Source: Candidatus Bruticola sp. (GTDB lineage: Bacteria; Vulcanimicrobiota; Xenobia; Xenobiales; Xenobiaceae). Taken from it: a DNA stretch of 12,066 bases. Made by a program: the position numbers and the translations under genes. Shown one piece after another: positions 7,111-12,066 of this stretch. The notes under the pieces are model-generated. The model worked only from the letters and a program-made list of their open reading frames with translations, made no database searches and was not told where the DNA came from. Positions within the stretch are counted from its first letter, which is position 1, and each line of letters starts with the position of its first letter. The stretch lies in assembly GCA_051874735.1 (NCBI GenBank), contig JBJEGD010000034.1, forward strand, positions 1-12,066, read 5' to 3'.

Positions 7111-8703
7111 CTAAACAACTTTAGCTTGATGTCGACTTTCTCTGACAACAGTTACCAAAACCATACCCGGAGACTTAATTTCTTCATCAATGCGAGCGGC
7201 AATTTTATTAGCCAACTGAGCGGCTCCTAAATCATCGATAACACTAGGATTGACAAACACTCGAACTTCGCGGCCGGCCTGAACAGCATAAACCTGATCA
7301 ACGCCTTCAAAACTGTGACCAATCTTTTCAATATTTTCCAAACGCTTAATATAGTCTTCAATATTCTCACGTCTGGCCCCTGGACGAGCCGCAGAAATGG
7401 CATCAGCAGCTTGCACCAGCATAGCTTCAATAGTTCTTTGTTCTACATCTTCATGGTGTGCTTCTACACAATGAACGACAGCTGCACTTTCGCCATATTT
7501 TTCACAGCAGCGGGCTCCCACAATCGCATGAGGACCATCCATAGAACCTGTAACAGCTTTACCTATATCGTGAAGCAAACCAGCTCTAGTAGCCACTTGA
7601 ACATCAGCCCCTAACTCTGCCGCCATCTGAGCGGCTAAAAAGCTAACCTCCAAAGAGTGGTTGAGCATATTTTGACCATAAGAAGTGCGGAAGTGCAAAC
7701 GTCCCAATAATTTTATAAGCTCATGGTGCAGCCCCAGTACTCCAGCTTCAAGAGCGGCTTTATCGCCCTCACTGGCAATAATTTCATCAACTTCTAATCT
7801 AGAAGCGGCCACCATTTCTTCTATTTTAGCTGGACGAATGCGACCGTCAGCTATTAGTTTTTCCACGGCCCGCCGAGAAATTTCACGCCTTATGGGATCG
7901 AAACAAGAAAGCAGCACCGTTTCCGGCGTATCATCAACAATAACATCAGCCCCAGTGAGATTTTCAAAAACACGGATATTGCGCCCTTCACGCCCGATAA
8001 TACGCCCCTTCATTTCTTCGGAAGGAAGATTAACTACATTAATTGTCGATTCGACAACCTGCTCTGAAGCATACTTCTGAATAGCCAAAGTAATAATACG
8101 GCGGGCTCGGCGGGCAGCTTCCTCCTTAGTCATCATCTCCGCCTGACGAATACAACGCGCCAAAGCTAAACGATTCTCATTTTCGACTTTCTCAAAGAGA
8201 GCTGCTTTAGCTTCCTCAGAGGTCATCTCTGCTTGACGTTCTAATGAAGCCTGCAGAGCCGCTTCAGATTCATTGAGCAGCTTGCTTTTTGTATTAAGCT
8301 CAGCTTCAAGTGAAGACAAGCGCTCTTCCTTCATATCGAGGTGAATCTGCTGACTACTCAGCCGCTGTTCCTGCTCAATATTATGCTTTTCCTTGGCTTC
8401 AAGCATGCTCTCGCGTCTATCAAGTTCTTCCTTTAGGCGCTGCTGGGCGAAACGATTTTCTTCCGCTTCTCTGTCAATCTCTAAGCGCTTCTTTTCTATA
8501 CTTTCCACTGCCTCCTGAATTTTAGCTTTTTTTACAGATTCTGCATAACGCTCAGCCTCTGCCCTAATATCATCAGCCGCTAACTTTGCCGCTTGCTGCC
8601 TGCGGAGCTCTATTCTAACCCCAATTGCCCATCCAACAGCCAAAAACAGTAAACTAGCCACAATAACCATTAGTTGATCTAGAACGGTTAACATAGCTGG
8701 CAT
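7111..8703 (-). CDS. rny: Ribonuclease Y
   Basis: N-terminal transmembrane helix, long coiled coil, KH domain (MKGRIIGREGRNIR), HD domain (HSLEV...GLLHDIGK...HHED...ADAISAARPGAR) and C-terminal AVQAGREVRV. It lies in recA-recX-rny synteny. Confidence 0.97.
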   Translation of the reverse strand: MPAMLTVLDQLMVIVASLLFLAVGWAIGVRIELRRQQAAKLAADDIRAEAERYAESVKKAKIQEAVESIEKKRLEIDREAEENRFAQQRLKEELDRRESMLEAKEKHNIEQEQRLSSQQIHLDMKEERLSSLEAELNTKSKLLNESEAALQASLERQAEMTSEEAKAALFEKVENENRLALARCIRQAEMMTKEEAARRARRIITLAIQKYASEQVVESTINVVNLPSEEMKGRIIGREGRNIRVFENLTGADVIVDDTPETVLLSCFDPIRREISRRAVEKLIADGRIRPAKIEEMVAASRLEVDEIIASEGDKAALEAGVLGLHHELIKLLGRLHFRTSYGQNMLNHSLEVSFLAAQMAAELGADVQVATRAGLLHDIGKAVTGSMDGPHAIVGARCCEKYGESAAVVHCVEAHHEDVEQRTIEAMLVQAADAISAARPGARRENIEDYIKRLENIEKIGHSFEGVDQVYAVQAGREVRVFVNPSVIDDLGAAQLANKIAARIDEEIKSPGMVLVTVVRESRHQAKVV

Positions 8704-8849
8704 AACAAATATAACTTCCTTCTTTTTCTACTGCCCCTCAGATTATCAAAAACACAGGCCTAAATTTTTTCACACTTCACTGACAGCAAAACGTAAGCAA
8801 TAACAACTTGCTGTCCAGAATATTGTCTCGCAAATCAGGACTGCATTAG

Positions 8850-8888
8850 AAAAAAAAGAGTCGGCTACTACTAAGCAGAGCCGACTCT
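8850..8888 (-). terminator. Intrinsic terminator after recX
   Basis: Perfect 10-bp stem AGAGTCGGCT/AGCCGACTCT (8857-8866 and 8879-8888), followed on the minus strand by a run of about 8 T, roughly 30 nt past the recX stop. Confidence 0.85.
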
Positions 8889-8916
8889 AAACTATCAGAA
8901 ACAGTACCCAACTTTA

Positions 8917-9387
8917 CTATTCTGACGATTGGCATTCACAAGCCTGCTCCGCAGCTTTCATAATTATATCGGTAGGAAAACCACGGTAAGCTAAAAAGCG
9001 GCATACGCCCGCATAACTTCCTCCGCGGGCAACCTTACGGCGGGCCAGTTCCAAGGCTGAAGCGAACTCTGTTTGAGCATCTTCTTGAAGAGACGCACAA
9101 GCCGAACGGGCAGCCCCAGCGCTTACGCCATGCCTAATCAGCTCACTATAAATGCGCCTACTTCCCCAACCGCTAGCGGCTTTGCTTTGCACAAAACGCT
9201 CCGCATAACGTTCATCGCTAAGATACTTCCACTCTAAACAGCGCTCTACAATCTGCTGAGCAACTTCTGCAGAACATTTGCGGGCCATAAGCTTCTGCTT
9301 CAGCTCCAAACAAGTATGATCGCGCAGAGATAAAATATGCAAAGCCCTTTCAAGAAACTTGCGGAATTCCGCATCGTAAAGGCTCAT
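8917..9387 (-). CDS. recX: Regulatory protein RecX
   Basis: Motifs ALHILSLRDHT..EL..KL, YLSDERYAE.FV, G.RRI..EL..HG and FLAYRGF. It starts 6 nt downstream of recA. Confidence 0.93.
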   Translation of the reverse strand: MSLYDAEFRKFLERALHILSLRDHTCLELKQKLMARKCSAEVAQQIVERCLEWKYLSDERYAERFVQSKAASGWGSRRIYSELIRHGVSAGAARSACASLQEDAQTEFASALELARRKVARGGSYAGVCRFLAYRGFPTDIIMKAAEQACECQSSE

Positions 9388-9393
9388 CTGGGC

Positions 9394-10419
9394 TTAACCA
9401 TCAGAACACGGCTCTTTTTCTTCTTCGGGAGCGCGATCAGCCAAAATCTTTTCGCGAATCTGCTCATCAATTTCATCAGCGACATCAGGATTCTGCTCTA
9501 AGTAACTGCGGGCATTGTCCCGTCCCTGTCCTAAACGTATATCACCGTAAGAATAATAAGCACCGGCTTTTTGGATAATGCCTTTTTCAGTGCCTACATC
9601 GATAAGACTACCCTCACGAGAAATACCACGTCCGAAAAGGATATCAAATTCTGCAGTTTTAAAAGGCGGCGCTAATTTGTTCTTAACTATTTTAACTTTT
9701 ACCCTATGGCCCACATTATCAGGGCCAGACTTGATAGCATCTCCTTTGCGAACGTCCATACGCACCGAAGCATAAAACTTCATAGCCCTACCACCTGGAG
9801 TAGTTTCAGGATTGCCGAACATAACGCCGATCTTTTCGCGTATCTGGTTGATAAAGACCACTGCGGTGCGCGATTTAGATATTACGGCGGTGAGCTTGCG
9901 CAGGGCCTGAGACATCAAACGAGCCTGAAGTCCCATATGAGAATCGCCCATATCGCCCTCAATCTCGGCTTTAGGTACCATAGCAGCAATACTATCAACG
10001 ACCACGACGTCGACAGCATTAGAGCGCACCAACATTTCGACAATTTCTAACCCTTGCTCTCCAGTATCGGGCTGAGAAACATAGAGTTCATCAATATTAA
10101 CACCCAAATTCCTAGCATAGACAGGATCTAAAGCGTGCTCTACATCGATAAAAGCCGCCACTCCACCGCTTCGCTGAGCTTCAGCAATAATCTGCAGAGC
10201 TAACGTAGTCTTACCAGAAGATTCAGGCCCGTAAATTTCACATACGCGCCCTCGGGGCACTCCACCGATACCTAAGGCTAAATCGAGCGACATAGCTCCC
10301 GTAGAGATAACAGGTACTTCAAAACGAGCACCTGCCTCTCCTAACTTCATAATAGACCCTTTGCCAAAAGCTTTCTCTATTTGGCCTACAGCGGCATCTA
10401 AAGCTTTTAATTTATCCAT
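9394..10419 (-). CDS. recA: Recombinase RecA
   Basis: QIEKAFGKG, Walker [20 protein letters not shown] and [22 protein letters not shown]. The start is placed at ATG 10419 because GGAGGAG lies 7 nt upstream; the ORF track extends to 10452. Confidence 0.99.
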   Translation of the reverse strand: MDKLKALDAAVGQIEKAFGKGSIMKLGEAGARFEVPVISTGAMSLDLALGIGGVPRGRVCEIYGPESSGKTTLALQIIAEAQRSGGVAAFIDVEHALDPVYARNLGVNIDELYVSQPDTGEQGLEIVEMLVRSNAVDVVVVDSIAAMVPKAEIEGDMGDSHMGLQARLMSQALRKLTAVISKSRTAVVFINQIREKIGVMFGNPETTPGGRAMKFYASVRMDVRKGDAIKSGPDNVGHRVKVKIVKNKLAPPFKTAEFDILFGRGISREGSLIDVGTEKGIIQKAGAYYSYGDIRLGQGRDNARSYLEQNPDVADEIDEQIREKILADRAPEEEKEPCSDG

Positions 10420-10506
10420 AAAAAGACTCCTCCGTACAAAATTCCCCCCCAACTATCAGCCCTCTGTTTTTAATCCAGAAAAAACTGACGCCGGAGAGAA
10501 GTCTTA

Positions 10507-10878
10507 TTAAAATCGCTCTTTGTAAACAAGCATAATTTCACCTACTTCATCGGCAATCTCGTTGAGGGTATTCATGCCCATACGAGGATTTACCATAATA
10601 GGATCACTATCAGCCTGTTCACGCTCTAAGAAAATCGGAGCTCCGTTAGGAAGATTATCGTATTTTTCCTGACAATTAAGAATACCCACAGCCAACTTGT
10701 AAACCAAACAGCAGTCTGCATATGGATTCTGCGGAAAATCTCTGCCCCAGGCATCGATAACTAAAGCTGTAAGCTCTTTAACCGTAATAGGAGTTTCCTG
10801 TTTCTTCAGTATGCGGCGCATCACAGCAACTACGGGAATCCGCTCAGTCATCGGTCTGGTTCCATTCGATAAAGTCAA
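10507..10878 (-). CDS. Hypothetical protein, possible N-terminal winged-helix (HARE-HTH-like) domain
   Basis: 123-aa ORF with a strong SD GGAGG upstream of the TTG start. AVMRRILKKQETPITVKELTALV resembles the first helices of winged-helix domains. The fold call is tentative. Confidence 0.7.
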   Translation of the reverse strand: MTLSNGTRPMTERIPVVAVMRRILKKQETPITVKELTALVIDAWGRDFPQNPYADCCLVYKLAVGILNCQEKYDNLPNGAPIFLEREQADSDPIMVNPRMGMNTLNEIADEVGEIMLVYKERF

Positions 10879-11115
10879 TTTAACATTCCTCCGAAACTAC
10901 TCTAACCACAAATTAGCAAAAAAATCTGTGTTCCCTTCTTGCACCTAAAAGGCGCTTCCTGCCTTGCATTTTAAATGACAATCTTAGATAAAAAATACTC
11001 CTCTAACAACATATAAAAATATTTTTCAGTTTTTAACATAGTATTACGCTTTCCACTTTATACATAGTGGACTTCATGACAGCAATGTGTACACCTAACT
11101 CGGACATAACACAGT

Positions 11116-11829
11116 TTATATGTCAACTTTGCCATAATTTTTCATAGAAGAAAAATGCTGATATTCTAAAGTGGCACAATCTAGAACAACCTCAAAATGG
11201 TTTTGCGCATTTAAATTGGTCACTACTTTTAGCAACTTAGTCCACAGTTCAGGTTTGTATCGTCCGGGCTTGTAATAAGCTAAAGTACAGTGCAAAGTCA
11301 GCGGATATGAGAGCTGCTTAAAAGGATCGAACATGCTGTAAATTTTTTGCACAAGATTATGATCAGCTTCACTGACAGGTTCAAAAAGCATTACCAAAGA
11401 GCTGGAAACCATACTAACTATGCCGACTGTACGCAGAGCTATTAAGCCTTTTTGATGAACAAGATTCAAAAGTTCATTCATGCATTCACAGTTTGCCGCT
11501 AAGCCCTGCTCGACTTCTTCTGGTTCAGCTCCCGAATTCAGATCATGCAAGGTTATATGGAAAGTATCAGGAGGCAACTGAGCAGATAGCATATATCCTG
11601 CAGAGTTATAAAGTTGCTCCTGAAGTTCGGTTAATAACTTAATAGCACTGGGCGACAACGGAAAGACGACAGTATCCCCATAGAAAGGATTGAAATTACC
11701 GTCTTTCTTGAACTTCATCAAAAGACTAGAAGCGGTACAAAAATGTTCATCAACAGCGGGAAAGCAGGCTTTATGCTCCACTAGCTTCCGTATTCGACTT
11801 TTATAAGTAGCGTAATCTTCTTTTACCAC
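11116..11829 (-). CDS. 2H phosphoesterase superfamily protein (DUF1868-like)
   Basis: Two H-x-T motifs: FHITL (HIT codons 11559-11551) and LHCTL (HCT codons 11292-11284). The N-terminal KFKKDGNFNPFYGDTVVF resembles DUF1868-type proteins as I recall them. The start is placed at GTG 11829 (GGAG 8 nt upstream); the ORF is open from 11850. Confidence 0.8.
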   Translation of the reverse strand: MVKEDYATYKSRIRKLVEHKACFPAVDEHFCTASSLLMKFKKDGNFNPFYGDTVVFPLSPSAIKLLTELQEQLYNSAGYMLSAQLPPDTFHITLHDLNSGAEPEEVEQGLAANCECMNELLNLVHQKGLIALRTVGIVSMVSSSLVMLFEPVSEADHNLVQKIYSMFDPFKQLSYPLTLHCTLAYYKPGRYKPELWTKLLKVVTNLNAQNHFEVVLDCATLEYQHFSSMKNYGKVDI

Positions 11830-11991
11830 GTTGTTATCTCCGATATACAAAGAACAGCCTAATTATCTAGCCTACAATTACACTGTTATAAAAAGTTAAA
11901 CATTTTGGGGATGACGTCGTTATTTAAATCGATACGATAATTGGTTTTTGTTAGGAGCTATCTGTTCTCCTTAAATAATAAAAAGCAAAAC

Positions 11992-12025
11992 AAAAAAAGC
12001 ACCTAGCCTAAGCATGCTAAGTGCT
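11992..12025 (-). terminator. Intrinsic terminator downstream of the tRNA
   Basis: Minus strand AGCACTTAGC-ATGCTTAG-GCTAGGTGCT (10-bp stem with one U:G pair) is followed by a T run. Confidence 0.85.
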
Positions 12026-12042
12026 CTTCACGTACATCCATT

Positions 12043-12066
12043 TGGCGGGAGAGACGGGATTCGAAC
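12043..12066 (-). tRNA. 3' end of a tRNA gene (truncated by the window edge; isotype not determinable, G73 discriminator, Asp plausible)
   Basis: Minus strand GTTCGAATCCCGTCTCTCCCGCCA gives the T-loop, T-stem 3' strand, 7-nt acceptor strand, G73 and an encoded CCA. The anticodon is outside the window. Confidence 0.92.

Noticed and set aside
2092-10050. Short alternative-frame and antisense ORFs in the track (2092-2367, 2131-2349, 2476-2685, 3012-3410, 3948-4151, 4587-4802, 5786-5989, 7227-7430, 7315-7614, 7685-8080, 8310-8525, 9578-9775, 9706-10050)
   Set aside because: All overlap well-supported genes and show no recognisable motifs. The hydrophobic 3948-4151 ORF is just the antisense of the D/E tract.
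10913-11003. Possible small minus-strand peptide (MQGRKRLLGARREHRFFC) downstream of a GAGGAG sequence
   Set aside because: The SD-like sequence is 16 nt or more from any in-frame start, and there is no other support.
11052-11071. TCCACT-N8-AGTGGA dyad downstream of the 2H gene
   Set aside because: The arms are only 6 bp and there is no minus-strand U tract, so it is compatible with chance.
10420-11115. LexA/SOS box upstream of recA
   Set aside because: There is no match to GAAC-N4-GTTC or CTGT-N8-ACAG. The nearest, CTGT-N7-CCAG near 10464, has the wrong spacing.
4305-11829. MazG-like plus 2H phosphoesterase as a defence or anti-defence system
   Set aside because: The genes are more than 6 kb apart, separated by core genes and a terminator. 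No cyclase, effector, nuclease or phage genes are nearby.
10879-12066. tRNA-anchored integrative element or prophage
   Set aside because: There is no integrase, and I found no duplicate of the tRNA 3' end in the window. The tRNA is followed directly by its own terminator.
1-12066. CRISPR array or IS element
   Set aside because: I saw no regularly spaced direct repeats, transposase ORF or terminal inverted repeat pair.

Overview
A mostly housekeeping bacterial chromosomal segment, bounded on the left by a strong leftward sigma70-type promoter with an rRNA-leader-like boxA and on the right by the 3' end of a minus-strand tRNA. The plus strand carries a MerC-family membrane protein, whose promoter overlaps a Fur/Zur-like dyad, and a secreted SLT-type lytic transglycosylase. 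The minus strand, read right to left, carries: tRNA 3' end and terminator, a 2H phosphoesterase (DUF1868-like), a small unknown protein with a possible winged helix, recA, recX, a terminator, rny (RNase Y), then a tightly packed run of TPR protein, sugar-type ABC substrate-binding protein, MazG-like/dCTPase-like pyrophosphatase, an uncharacterised acidic lipoprotein and a single sugar-type ABC permease. A 56-bp near-perfect palindrome separates the two convergent blocks. I found no transposase, integrase, CRISPR array or recognisable defence system. The best candidates for something undescribed are the mixed ABC/pyrophosphatase/lipoprotein operon, the lipoprotein itself, and the 2H plus unknown gene pair upstream of recA. 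All protein calls come from motif recognition by eye, with no database search.
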